A stretch of 64,000 nt of DNA from a virus: IMG/VR virus record IMGVR_UViG_3300032893_000013, positions 1-64,000 of that record; one strand, written 5' to 3'. Position numbers and translations under genes: made by a program. The stretch's first letter is position 1. Every line of letters begins with the position of its first letter. Shown here one piece after another: positions 36,382-45,464 of the stretch. A model generated the notes under the pieces. The model saw only the letters and a list, made by a program, of their open reading frames with translations, did not search any database and was not told the DNA's origin.

Positions 36382-38010
36382 TCACAGAATAGCTTCTGTG
36401 AACCACTTCGGCAAGGACTTTTTATAACGAGACACGAGGCCGTCGAAAGCCCCGTCTAAAATGTATGTGGCGGAATGGTCTGTCTCAGAACGAGTCGATC
36501 TTCCGTATGCTTGGATCAAAGTAAGGAGCGTTTTCCATCCGATCCAATCCGGGCTTTTCTTCATGCGAGCCTGGACAACTTTGTCGCCAAGATACGGATA
36601 CGGAACCTTCACGATCACCTGAAAACGGCTCAAGTCATCCTTCAAGTCAACGCCCTCAGTCATAGACGGAGAAATGAGAACGGTTGGCACCTTAGACGCG
36701 GCGTGGAAAGCCAACACCTGAGCTTGCTTGAATGAATTTTCTGGGAACAGGAGTCGGCCAGGAAATTCCTTCTCAAGCGAATAGAGCAGCTTCTTCGCGG
36801 TGTCGTAAGTGTGAGTGTGAATGATGCCCTTTTGATCGTGGTGATTGTGCAAAATCTCTTTGATGTTCTGAATGATAAGAGGCATCGTGGCTTCCATATT
36901 GCCCTTATTCAATTGGCCGACATAATTGCGAATGATCGGTCGATTCTCCTTCGGGAATGTGCTGGGAATGTCGATGAAAACGCACTCTGCTGGCTCAACG
37001 CCCAATGACTTGATGAACTCTTCGTAATTGATGATTGTAGCCGACATCATCAGTGTCTTTTGACCAAACCGGAACAAGTTGTTTTTCGCGTACTTTGACA
37101 CATCGACCGGCTTCAGAGCAATTTTATCTACGATTGTCTTTTGGTAATCGACGTATGTATTGTCTACAACCAGATTTTCCGGATCGCTTTCAATCTCAGT
37201 TATGATTTTGTTGATTTTGCGATTGAAATTTTCAATGTCATCAAATTTGACTGCTGCGCCCGTGAACATATCCACCTTAGCGGAGCCGGTGAAGTTCTTT
37301 TCACGTTCTGCCATCAATTCGGCGACGATATAAAGCCAAGGGAGATATTCTTTGGAGGTTGGATAATTGGGAATCGTGGCGTTGTCGCCCGATCCGTTCG
37401 GCAACATCTTCTGAAGATGCGACGAAGACACGGTGAACTCAACGAAATTCGTCAAGTTGTCCGCAATCAAGTGGGCTTCGTCGATAATCAACAGCTTTCG
37501 CTTGAAAAAATACGGAGTGAAGTTGAAGAACGAGATGCCAGCCGCGAAATTCAGAGATGTGATTTCGCCATTCTGAGCTTCATCGAGAGCCTTGTGATAT
37601 TCGCACGCTTTTTCCTTCGAGCACGCGCCTCGACCGCTTGGCGTACTGCGACACGGAGAATTCCCGCATGTGAATCCTGGATGCTTCAGGCACTGGTAAT
37701 TCGCACGCCCGCGAAGATCACAGATGTCGGCGTCAAAATCTCTAATATACTGATCTTGCAGGAGTTTATTGGATGTCAGAACGAAGGCGTCTTCGGCGGC
37801 TTTGGCCATAGACATGGCGATTGGACTTTTCCCGGCGCCGGTCGGCGCTTGAACGACTACGAACTTGATTTCAGGGCGGTTTATAGCGTCGGCGATCTGA
37901 TTAAGTGCCCACTCTTGATTGCCTCGAAATGAGAATGGGAAATTCGATAGAATGTCCTCTTTCTTAATGAAATCATTGACGTTGCCGTGTACTGGTGGAC
38001 CGAACTCCAT
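36382..38010 (-). CDS. DinG/Rad3-like Fe-S helicase
   Basis: Q motif, APTGAGKS, LQDQY, GRANYQC + Cys cluster, IIDEAH, MSAT, EGVD, QAYGRSTR. Confidence 0.92.
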   Translation of the reverse strand: MEFGPPVHGNVNDFIKKEDILSNFPFSFRGNQEWALNQIADAINRPEIKFVVVQAPTGAGKSPIAMSMAKAAEDAFVLTSNKLLQDQYIRDFDADICDLRGRANYQCLKHPGFTCGNSPCRSTPSGRGACSKEKACEYHKALDEAQNGEITSLNFAAGISFFNFTPYFFKRKLLIIDEAHLIADNLTNFVEFTVSSSHLQKMLPNGSGDNATIPNYPTSKEYLPWLYIVAELMAEREKNFTGSAKVDMFTGAAVKFDDIENFNRKINKIITEIESDPENLVVDNTYVDYQKTIVDKIALKPVDVSKYAKNNLFRFGQKTLMMSATIINYEEFIKSLGVEPAECVFIDIPSTFPKENRPIIRNYVGQLNKGNMEATMPLIIQNIKEILHNHHDQKGIIHTHTYDTAKKLLYSLEKEFPGRLLFPENSFKQAQVLAFHAASKVPTVLISPSMTEGVDLKDDLSRFQVIVKVPYPYLGDKVVQARMKKSPDWIGWKTLLTLIQAYGRSTRSETDHSATYILDGAFDGLVSRYKKSLPKWFTEAIL

Positions 38011-38028
38011 TGAACCTCCAACAAGAAA

Positions 38029-38093
38029 AAAATATCCCATTTTGAGGCAAAGGTCAATCTTCTGTTGAAATGGAGATTGATCTTTGGTAAATT
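38029..38093. promoter_or_regulatory. Divergent sigma70-like promoters
   Basis: Minus TTGACC-N17-TATTTT; plus TTGAAA-N17-TAAATT. Confidence 0.5.
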
Positions 38094-38115
38094 TTACTCA
38101 TGGAGGTAACTGACT

Positions 38116-38370
38116 ATGGAAAACCAAACCAATCCGACTGACTTTCGCATGGAAGATCAAGTTGACGAAACCGCCGACATGGACATGGACGATACTCTCG
38201 ATGAAGAGACAATCGAAGAGGGCATTGAAGAGCTTGAGTCCATTCCGTATCGCCCGTCGATGCGCGCACGCGCCGTTTCAATTTTGACGGCAATCCTGCA
38301 AACCAATCTCGTGTGGTATGTTGCCGGACTCGTTGACGGCCTGATTCTTTTCAAGTTATTTGGAGGCTAA
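38116..38370 (+). CDS. Acidic protein with C-terminal TM segment
   Basis: GGAGG RBS; hydrophobic C-terminus. Confidence 0.7.
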   Translation: MENQTNPTDFRMEDQVDETADMDMDDTLDEETIEEGIEELESIPYRPSMRARAVSILTAILQTNLVWYVAGLVDGLILFKLFGG

Positions 38371-38721
38371 ATGGAATTAAACGGAATTGCCAACATCAAG
38401 ATCCTTTTGGATCAATTGGCCGAGAATCTCCCGAACAACGACGAGGTTCTCGTGCCAGTCGCCAAAATTTACCAGCAGCTTGATTTGATGAATCGCTATA
38501 TGATCGCTCATGACTCGTGGGTTCAAGAGCAACTTCGCCTTCATAGCGAAGACTATCATCATGTGGTGACTACGAAACCGCCAGCTTGGCATGAAGTCAA
38601 GGCAAATCCAAAGGCGTTTCCCACATTGCAGGAGAAGTTTGATGGACTTGAGCAAAAAGAGCGACAAGAAGTACCAAAACGTGATGCAAAACATCAAGGG
38701 CCGGGTTCTTCACTCGATTAA
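38371..38721 (+). CDS. Hypothetical protein
   Basis: GGAGG RBS; abuts upstream stop. Confidence 0.65.
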   Translation: MELNGIANIKILLDQLAENLPNNDEVLVPVAKIYQQLDLMNRYMIAHDSWVQEQLRLHSEDYHHVVTTKPPAWHEVKANPKAFPTLQEKFDGLEQKERQEVPKRDAKHQGPGSSLD

Positions 38722-38932
38722 GCGCGCATACGAGCGATATAACGTGGTCATTGACGAGTATGATTACTTTCATCTTGTCAATCAGATCATCACACTCGAA
38801 GCTGAATATGTTCGTGAAATCGAGCCAGGCAAAAGCCTGTGGAAAGTTCGGCACCAAGGCTGTATAATGTACGCTGTGTATCTGGAAGCGCACTTGAGTA
38901 TTTGCACCTTTCTTTTGAGGGAGATGATCTAA
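38642..38932 (+). CDS. Hypothetical protein
   Basis: H-S-I-K-R-A-Y-E-R-Y motif (RelE/BECR-like start possible); TAATG coupling. Confidence 0.55.
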   Translation: MDLSKKSDKKYQNVMQNIKGRVLHSIKRAYERYNVVIDEYDYFHLVNQIITLEAEYVREIEPGKSLWKVRHQGCIMYAVYLEAHLSICTFLLREMI

Positions 38933-41250
38933 TGGTTACGATCCTGGTTGGGCCGCAAGGTTCTGGAAAAACTACATACGCCCAAAATACGTCGGCTCAC
39001 CCGATCATCATTTCTCAAGATGTTCAGGGGCAGAAGGGACATTTGGAAGCCTACAAAAAGACTCTGGAGTGTGCTCCAAATTCACAACACATTATCGTGG
39101 ATCGAATCAACCACACGAGGGAACAGCGCGCACGATATATCGACTTGGCCAAAAAAGCCGGATGGAAAACTCAAATCGTTGTGATGAACAGGCCGTTTAG
39201 CGAGTGCTTGCGCCGCATGAACGACCGAAAAAATCACCCGACCATCCGCGATGAAGAGACGGCCATCCATGCGTTGCGAACCTACATCACTAAATACGAA
39301 CGTCCGTCTTACAGCGAAGCCGACGAGTTGGTCTTTTTGACCAGCTACGATCCATTCATGCTGGATTTGAATAATTTTCTTCCGATGGACACTCGCGTCA
39401 TCATCGTTGGCGACGTTCACGGATGCTATGATGAATTGATGGAGCTTCTGGAAAAGGCCAATTACAAGCGTGGGGAAGACGCAGTAATTTTTTGCGGCGA
39501 TATGATCGACCGTGGCCCTAAAATCAAAGAAGTTTTGAACTTTGCCCAAACGACTCCACGAGTGTTTTCCGTGACCGGGAATCATGAGTGGAAGTTCGCT
39601 CGTCATATTGCTAACTTGGGAGCCGGTCTTGTGTCAAAAATCAAGGTGGGACATGGGCTTCAACAAACCATCGACCAAGTTGGCGAAATCGACAACTATT
39701 TGATGGGATTCCTGTGGGATTTGCCGCTGGTCATTCGCTGGAAAAACAATTACATTTTCCACGCCGGGATTAATCCACGATACAACATGGCCCGCCAGAA
39801 CCGAGAATTTTTGCTGTATTGCCGGAAATTCAACGCCCAACTGAACACCTTTGACGATGAAAATTCGCCAATGTGGTATGAGCACGAATTGCATGAATCC
39901 TTTAAGAACTATAATTTGTTCTTCGGTCACGAAGTTCACATGATTACCGATCCATTGCACTTCGCCCAGCACCACAAGAACAAAAACGTCTTCCCTATGG
40001 ACGGCGGCTGTGTTTTTGGCGAAAACCTGAACGGGTGCATCATCAATCCGGACGGAATCCTAAAGATGCAATTCATTTCTGTTCCGTCACGTCAACCCAA
40101 AGAGGAGCATGAGCCTATGTACGAAAATTGGCAAGATCCCTACGAAGAGCGCGTCCGGGCTGGATATTTGAGCAAGGCCGAAGATGAGGATTTGGTTCTC
40201 TACAACTACACGGACAAATGCACCTTCGAGAAGAAGTGGGATAAATACACTCTGGAGTGCCGTGGTCTGATTTTCGAGAAGGCGACGGGAAGAGTTGTTG
40301 CGCGACCGTTCGGAAAGTTTTTCAATCTCGGCGAAACTGAAGACACGCAACTTCACCATCTGCCGAAAGAATCGTATTCGTGCTTCGAGAAAATGGATGG
40401 ATCGCTTGGAATCGTATTCTGGTACAAGGACCGATGGCGCGTTGCCACTCGCGGATCTTTGACTTCCATCCAAGCCAAAGAGGGTGAGAAAATTCTTCAA
40501 CAATACAAGCTGAACAAAAACGGCAATGAAGTTGGCGTCAATGTTACATTGCTGACCGAAATAATTTACCCAGAAAATCGTCACAATCCCGGCGCACGCC
40601 TTGTTGTCGATTACGGCAACACACGTATGCTTGTGCTGTTGGCGGCATTTTGTTCAATCACTGGTCAAGAATTTGATCGTGATGAAGTTGAGGGGTATGC
40701 GAAACGCACTGGAATGCCGATTGTTCAGCAATTCAATTACACAATCAACGAAATGATCGAAATGCAGAAGACGTTGCCAGCCGACAAAGAAGGATTCGTT
40801 GTTCGTTTTGAAAGCGGAATGCGCATCAAGATCAAGGGCGCTGAGTATCTGAAGATGAACAAGATCCTGAACTCCATCACTCCGCTGGTCATTTGGGGCA
40901 TGATGTGCGAATCGGAAGACTTTCAGGTTCCGAGCAGCTACATGATCCAGGTTCCTGAAGAATACCGAGATGAAGTTCTCGACATTGTGTACAAACTCAA
41001 AAAGAAGTCGGACGAAATCTTCAAGGAGATTGCCCACGACTTTGACATCGCGGTTGAGGACTCGAAAATTGACATTCTGCGGCCAAACGATCAGGCGACG
41101 AAAAAGGAACTTGGTCTGTATTTGACAAAAGGTCCAGGGCGCGCCAGATTGAAACACCCATCTATGATGTTCCCCATCTTGAATTCACGCCGAGACATCA
41201 TCGACGAATACTGTCGCAAAATGAGCCGTCCCACATCAAACCAGTTGTAG
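38932..41250 (+). CDS. Trifunctional RNA repair enzyme: polynucleotide kinase + metallophosphatase + T4 Rnl1-type ligase
   Basis: GPQGSGKTT; GDVHG, GDMIDRG, GNHE, HAG, FGH, DGGC; YNYT..ECRGL..ARPFGKFFN, EKMDGS, ATRGS, EGFVV, KIK. Confidence 0.92.
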   Translation: MVTILVGPQGSGKTTYAQNTSAHPIIISQDVQGQKGHLEAYKKTLECAPNSQHIIVDRINHTREQRARYIDLAKKAGWKTQIVVMNRPFSECLRRMNDRKNHPTIRDEETAIHALRTYITKYERPSYSEADELVFLTSYDPFMLDLNNFLPMDTRVIIVGDVHGCYDELMELLEKANYKRGEDAVIFCGDMIDRGPKIKEVLNFAQTTPRVFSVTGNHEWKFARHIANLGAGLVSKIKVGHGLQQTIDQVGEIDNYLMGFLWDLPLVIRWKNNYIFHAGINPRYNMARQNREFLLYCRKFNAQLNTFDDENSPMWYEHELHESFKNYNLFFGHEVHMITDPLHFAQHHKNKNVFPMDGGCVFGENLNGCIINPDGILKMQFISVPSRQPKEEHEPMYENWQDPYEERVRAGYLSKAEDEDLVLYNYTDKCTFEKKWDKYTLECRGLIFEKATGRVVARPFGKFFNLGETEDTQLHHLPKESYSCFEKMDGSLGIVFWYKDRWRVATRGSLTSIQAKEGEKILQQYKLNKNGNEVGVNVTLLTEIIYPENRHNPGARLVVDYGNTRMLVLLAAFCSITGQEFDRDEVEGYAKRTGMPIVQQFNYTINEMIEMQKTLPADKEGFVVRFESGMRIKIKGAEYLKMNKILNSITPLVIWGMMCESEDFQVPSSYMIQVPEEYRDEVLDIVYKLKKKSDEIFKEIAHDFDIAVEDSKIDILRPNDQATKKELGLYLTKGPGRARLKHPSMMFPILNSRRDIIDEYCRKMSRPTSNQL

Positions 41251-41292
41251 ATTTTTCTTTGTGAAAAGTCTGCAACGTGGTAAATTGTTCAT

Positions 41293-41553
41293 ATGGAGGT
41301 ATTTATGGATAAAAAAACTACTGTCACCGCTCCCGCTCAACAAGAGGCAGAAATTGTTGATATGCTCACCAGAATATCTCCACTCAAAGTCATGGAGATT
41401 TCTGCCAACTTTGAGCAAATCATCGCCAGCCAAATCTTCTTGATGTTACGCCGTGGCGTGCCCGCAGAAAAATTGCACCTGATAGTCGAAGAGGCTCAGT
41501 TGCACCTTGACATCGAAAACAGTCTGGTCACGTCGAAAGCGTCCGGACAATAA
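41293..41553 (+). CDS. Hypothetical protein (start may be ATG 41305)
   Basis: GGAGG RBS; TTGTGA..TAAATT upstream. Confidence 0.65.
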   Translation: MEVFMDKKTTVTAPAQQEAEIVDMLTRISPLKVMEISANFEQIIASQIFLMLRRGVPAEKLHLIVEEAQLHLDIENSLVTSKASGQ

Positions 41554-41565
41554 CAGGAGGAACCC

Positions 41566-42468
41566 ATGAAACGTCTTGTCTTTTTCGCTCTTTTCCTTTC
41601 GGGATGTACCTGCTATGAGGCGCAATATCTGCGCGGCCCCAGCGGACATTCAACGCTCACATCGCAGGCTCCGGCCACGGTCGCTCAGTGCGCGAACGGC
41701 GGAACAACAATCAGCTACGGAACCGACCTGAATGACAATGGCACTCTCGATCCATCTGAAGTCACGGGTTCGTCTTCGATCTGCAACGGCTTGAACGGGC
41801 AAAACGGGACTAATGGCACCAATGGTACGAACGGTACTAACGGAACCAATGGCACGAACGGCACTAACGGGATAGATGGGACAAACGGTACGAACGGGAC
41901 CAATGGCACAAATGGAACGGATGGATCTGACGGCTACAATTCTCTCGTTTCAATGGTCGCCATCAATCCAGGCGCAACTTGCACCAATGGCGGAATTCTT
42001 TTGAACTCAGGCTTGGACACTTCACGCGATGGCGTTCTTGAAGTCGGCGAAGTTCAATACAGTATGCCTCTATGTAATGGCTTGAACGGACAAAACGGAC
42101 AAAACGGACAAAACGGACAGAATGGTCAAAACGCTCCGACTCCGCTATTCACTCCGACACTTGCCATCATGCCGTGTGGCCAGAACTCAGCCACATACAA
42201 AGAAACACTTCTTGGACTTTCCGGTGGAGGAGTATTCGCTTTGTTTGTTGGAAATTTGAGCGACCTGAGCAGCGTTGCCAACATCATGTTGCCGGACGGA
42301 ACCTATTATGACACCGATACGTCGAAATGCGTGTTCACTCTTCACACCGATGGATCTGGCAACAAGACAATGGCCTGGACTGGAGCGACAGCCGATGGTC
42401 ACACGACCTATCATTCCGGCCACGCAGATTACAACGCTACGACGCAAACTTGGTCCGTGACTTATTAG
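41566..42468 (+). CDS. Lipoprotein with collagen-like G-T-N / G-Q-N repeats and C-x-NGG...D-x-x-x-(N/D)G-x-L...CNG modules
   Basis: Lipobox LSGC; two Cys-bounded modules each followed by Gly-X-Y repeats. Confidence 0.8.
   Translation: MKRLVFFALFLSGCTCYEAQYLRGPSGHSTLTSQAPATVAQCANGGTTISYGTDLNDNGTLDPSEVTGSSSICNGLNGQNGTNGTNGTNGTNGTNGTNGTNGIDGTNGTNGTNGTNGTDGSDGYNSLVSMVAINPGATCTNGGILLNSGLDTSRDGVLEVGEVQYSMPLCNGLNGQNGQNGQNGQNGQNAPTPLFTPTLAIMPCGQNSATYKETLLGLSGGGVFALFVGNLSDLSSVANIMLPDGTYYDTDTSKCVFTLHTDGSGNKTMAWTGATADGHTTYHSGHADYNATTQTWSVTY
41787..41935 (+). repeat. 9-bp (Gly-Thr-Asn) coding tandem repeat
   Basis: Degenerate GGNACNAAY units; second GGACAAAAC run at ~42079-42132. Confidence 0.9.
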
Positions 42469-42476
42469 GAGGAGTT

Positions 42477-42665
42477 ATGGTAGAATTGCTCTTAGACAAC
42501 ACCTTCCCGATTTTGATTCTCGTGTCTGTGATTTTCTTCGGTGTTGATTATTACAACAGGTACTGGCGCAAGAACGAAAGATTCGTTGAGCCGGAAACGA
42601 CAGCCATGGCATATTTCATGGCACAAAGGATTAAACGTGGAACTAAAGATCGCAGCAATTTCTGA
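42477..42665 (+). CDS. Small membrane protein
   Basis: AGGAGGAG RBS; one TM helix. Confidence 0.65.
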   Translation: MVELLLDNTFPILILVSVIFFGVDYYNRYWRKNERFVEPETTAMAYFMAQRIKRGTKDRSNF

Positions 42666-43362
42666 CACGCACAACGAAACGCCGAAGATGCCTAAAGGGG
42701 CTGACGTTCTCATTCACGCTGGCGACCTTACGATGATGGGCCGCGAGTTTGAAGTTCGGAAATCAATTGATTGGCTGAAGAGCCTGAAGAAGCGTTACAA
42801 AAAGGGCATCATTTTGGTGCCCGGAAATCATGATTTTCTCTTCGAGGATTGGCGAGAAGGATTGCCAAAAACGAAGCGGGGAATGGAGCTTGAGCGGAAT
42901 TTCGCACTTGCCAAACAGCTTTGCGATGATGCCGGTATCATCCTTTTGATGGATCAGTCCGTTGAGATTGAAGGAGTGAAAATTTATGGATCACCGTATT
43001 CACTTCGCTTTCACGATTGGGCTTTCAATCTGAGTCCAATGGACAGTGCTTTGTTTTGGGCCAAGAACATCCCCAAAGACACGAACGTCTTGGTCACGCA
43101 TGGTCCGCCGTTCGGGATTGGTGATCTTTGCCGTGGCGGACACGTCGGCGACAGTGCGCTGCTAGAACTCATCAAGAGCCTTCCGGACTTGAAAATGCAC
43201 ATTTATGGGCACATCCACGAAGGTTCCGGAGTGCATTGGTTCAACAACAAGCTGTTCATCAACGCATCGGCTTTGAACGAGTATTATCAAGGTTTTAACG
43301 ACATTCACGTCGTTTCGTATCCATCACTAAACATTAGGAGGTTCCCAGATGAATCCGTCTGA
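42637..43362 (+). CDS. Metallophosphoesterase (MPPED/239FB-like)
   Basis: ISDTH, HAGD, PGNHD, THGPP, GHIHE. Confidence 0.9.
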   Translation: MELKIAAISDTHNETPKMPKGADVLIHAGDLTMMGREFEVRKSIDWLKSLKKRYKKGIILVPGNHDFLFEDWREGLPKTKRGMELERNFALAKQLCDDAGIILLMDQSVEIEGVKIYGSPYSLRFHDWAFNLSPMDSALFWAKNIPKDTNVLVTHGPPFGIGDLCRGGHVGDSALLELIKSLPDLKMHIYGHIHEGSGVHWFNNKLFINASALNEYYQGFNDIHVVSYPSLNIRRFPDESV

Positions 43363-43675
43363 ATATGCCCGCGACCTTATGAAAAAGCAAGGCCCGGACA
43401 ATGCGCTCAAGATTGCAGAGCAATGCGAGTCACTTTCCAAGGCTCTGATGACTGCCGAAGAAGTGCCAGCCATTGGTGAAGAGGTTGAGGTTGTCGAAGA
43501 AACCTACAAAGCGAAGGACGGAAGCCTTCAAACGCGGGAACGCATCAAGGTCAATGGAAGACTCCAGAACAAACGGCTGACGCAAAGCGCACGTTTCTGG
43601 AACAACACGGCCTGCATCGTCCGGAAGATGAAAGCCCAGATCGACGAAAAGAAAAACGCTCAGGCAAAAACCTGA
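43349..43675 (+). CDS. Hypothetical protein
   Basis: AGGAGG RBS. Confidence 0.7.
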   Translation: MNPSEYARDLMKKQGPDNALKIAEQCESLSKALMTAEEVPAIGEEVEVVEETYKAKDGSLQTRERIKVNGRLQNKRLTQSARFWNNTACIVRKMKAQIDEKKNAQAKT

Positions 43676-43680
43676 GCGTC
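43647..43680 (-). terminator. Intrinsic terminator after capsid operon
   Basis: GACGCTCAGG-loop-CCTGAGCGTT followed by TTTCTTTT. Confidence 0.75.
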
Positions 43681-43704
43681 AAAGTTCTAAATTGTAGGAA
43701 TTAC

Positions 43705-44043
43705 TTACAGTACGACGTTAGAAGCCGGAACTGCGGGAATTGCGCGAAGAGCGATATAGAGATCGCCAACGACAGCGGCTGAAGGCTTGGTGCCAGCAGT
43801 CGCTACAGTCTCGAAAACCGCATTGCCAGCGACAGCCGGAATGTGGATCAAGAGATCGCCAACTGCAAGAGCGGCGAAATCCGTAGTCGTACTTGTGTGA
43901 GCAGCAACAATTGCGGCAGGAATCGACCAACTTGCTTGGGATTGGCCCTGTGCGCTCTTGTTGAGGATGTTCAAAATCTCATTACCGGCAGCGGGGCTGG
44001 TAAGAGACTCGACAAGCCGTTTTGCTGTATCTGAAGAAACCAC
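43705..44043 (-). CDS. Head decoration/fibre-like protein
   Basis: Ala/Val/Thr-rich, directly after major capsid gene. Confidence 0.6.
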   Translation of the reverse strand: MVSSDTAKRLVESLTSPAAGNEILNILNKSAQGQSQASWSIPAAIVAAHTSTTTDFAALAVGDLLIHIPAVAGNAVFETVATAGTKPSAAVVGDLYIALRAIPAVPASNVVL

Positions 44044-44057
44044 GAGAGCCTCCTAGA

Positions 44058-45452
44058 TTACTTCGTCAAGTTATCGACGAGGATATTGAAGCGGGGCAAT
44101 TTCACCATCAACGAGCAGAAGCGATAGAACGCTTTGGGAGTCGTGAGATCGGTTTGAGCGAGTTGTTGTGATTTGAACGAACTCAGTTCAGCCATTTCAA
44201 GACCGCGCATGTCAAGGGCGAAACCCGTGACGAAGCCAGGGAGCCGGTTGTTCAGGTCAGTGAAGACCGTAGTAGCGGCACCGCTGTTCACAACGCGACC
44301 AACATATTGGCGCACGCCGGAAGCATCGTTCGCATTCGAGCGATAGACGTTGAAGTAGCGAGCGGCAATACCGCCAGCGGGAGTGATTGTAACGGCAATC
44401 TGGTTACCGTTTGCCGACATCGTAATGTTCGACACAGCCGAAGCCGGGCTTTCACCCACATCACCACAAGCAGTTACGCTGTAGTAATAAACTTCACCGG
44501 AAAGGAACGAAGTCGATCCAGCCGATTGACCGAGCGAGATGCCAGGAGCGGCGGGAACACCAACACGCGGACGTGCGGGCGAGGTTTTACCAGACAAGAA
44601 ACGGCTAGATTCAATCGAGATCGCGCCGCCAGCTACCCACTGTTCATTCAACGAAGCGCCAGTGGCTTTTTGAGGCGAACCGGCAAGAACGATACGTTCT
44701 TTGGAGTGGCTGATTTTGTTGTACGCGCCATGAGTAAGCGGATCAATGTACAACTTCTCGGGATTACCGTGGCTCATTTGAGCGCGGCTGTAAATGTCCT
44801 CAATCGTGCTCTGTTGGAGAACGCCGTTCTGAGGAATCACAACGGAACCGTCAGCGCCATATTCTTGGAACATCAAGTCTTTGGTGCTGTTGTCGAAATC
44901 CGACTGACGAATTTGGGGATCAAGACCGTGCATACCGGGTTCCGACTGGCTCATCGCCAACGGGTTACCGTCATACAATCCACCGTTCGAGTAAGCGGAC
45001 TTACCACGGAAAAGGTGGAACTCGATGTCACCAGCGAGTTTGAGAGCGGCAGAGGCTTCAACGCGATCTTCGGCTTTAACACCGTCGAAGGTTTCAACCA
45101 ACTGAGCTTGCAAAGTCACCCGACGAACGTGAACATAATATGCCATCGGAACAACGGCACGGTTCAACGTATCGGTTTCTTCTTGACCAACGGCGCCTTC
45201 CAGCACTGCCGATCCACCGAAGATACCATAATCCAGTTGTCTATTGAACTGGACAAGAGTGCCCTTGGCAGGAGTAACCTTGAAGATTTTTTGCAACTTG
45301 ATTTTGCTGTCATCATAAGTTGCGATGTTCATTACATCACTGAGGTCTTCGCGTTGGAGCGAGGAACCTTGAGAGAGCGTGCCTGGGGCAGCGTTCATCC
45401 CACCGGCTTCTAAAGCCTTTTTCAACATTTCAAGTTTGGCGATGTCTAACAC
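44058..45452 (-). CDS. Major capsid protein with inserted Ig/FN3-like domain
   Basis: LKK|ALEAG..GSSLQREDL N-terminus of SPO1/Twort-type capsids; YYYSVTA..GES..FNVYRS insertion; position after scaffold. Confidence 0.9.
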   Translation of the reverse strand: MLDIAKLEMLKKALEAGGMNAAPGTLSQGSSLQREDLSDVMNIATYDDSKIKLQKIFKVTPAKGTLVQFNRQLDYGIFGGSAVLEGAVGQEETDTLNRAVVPMAYYVHVRRVTLQAQLVETFDGVKAEDRVEASAALKLAGDIEFHLFRGKSAYSNGGLYDGNPLAMSQSEPGMHGLDPQIRQSDFDNSTKDLMFQEYGADGSVVIPQNGVLQQSTIEDIYSRAQMSHGNPEKLYIDPLTHGAYNKISHSKERIVLAGSPQKATGASLNEQWVAGGAISIESSRFLSGKTSPARPRVGVPAAPGISLGQSAGSTSFLSGEVYYYSVTACGDVGESPASAVSNITMSANGNQIAVTITPAGGIAARYFNVYRSNANDASGVRQYVGRVVNSGAATTVFTDLNNRLPGFVTGFALDMRGLEMAELSSFKSQQLAQTDLTTPKAFYRFCSLMVKLPRFNILVDNLTK

Positions 45453-45464
45453 GGTTTTCTCCTT

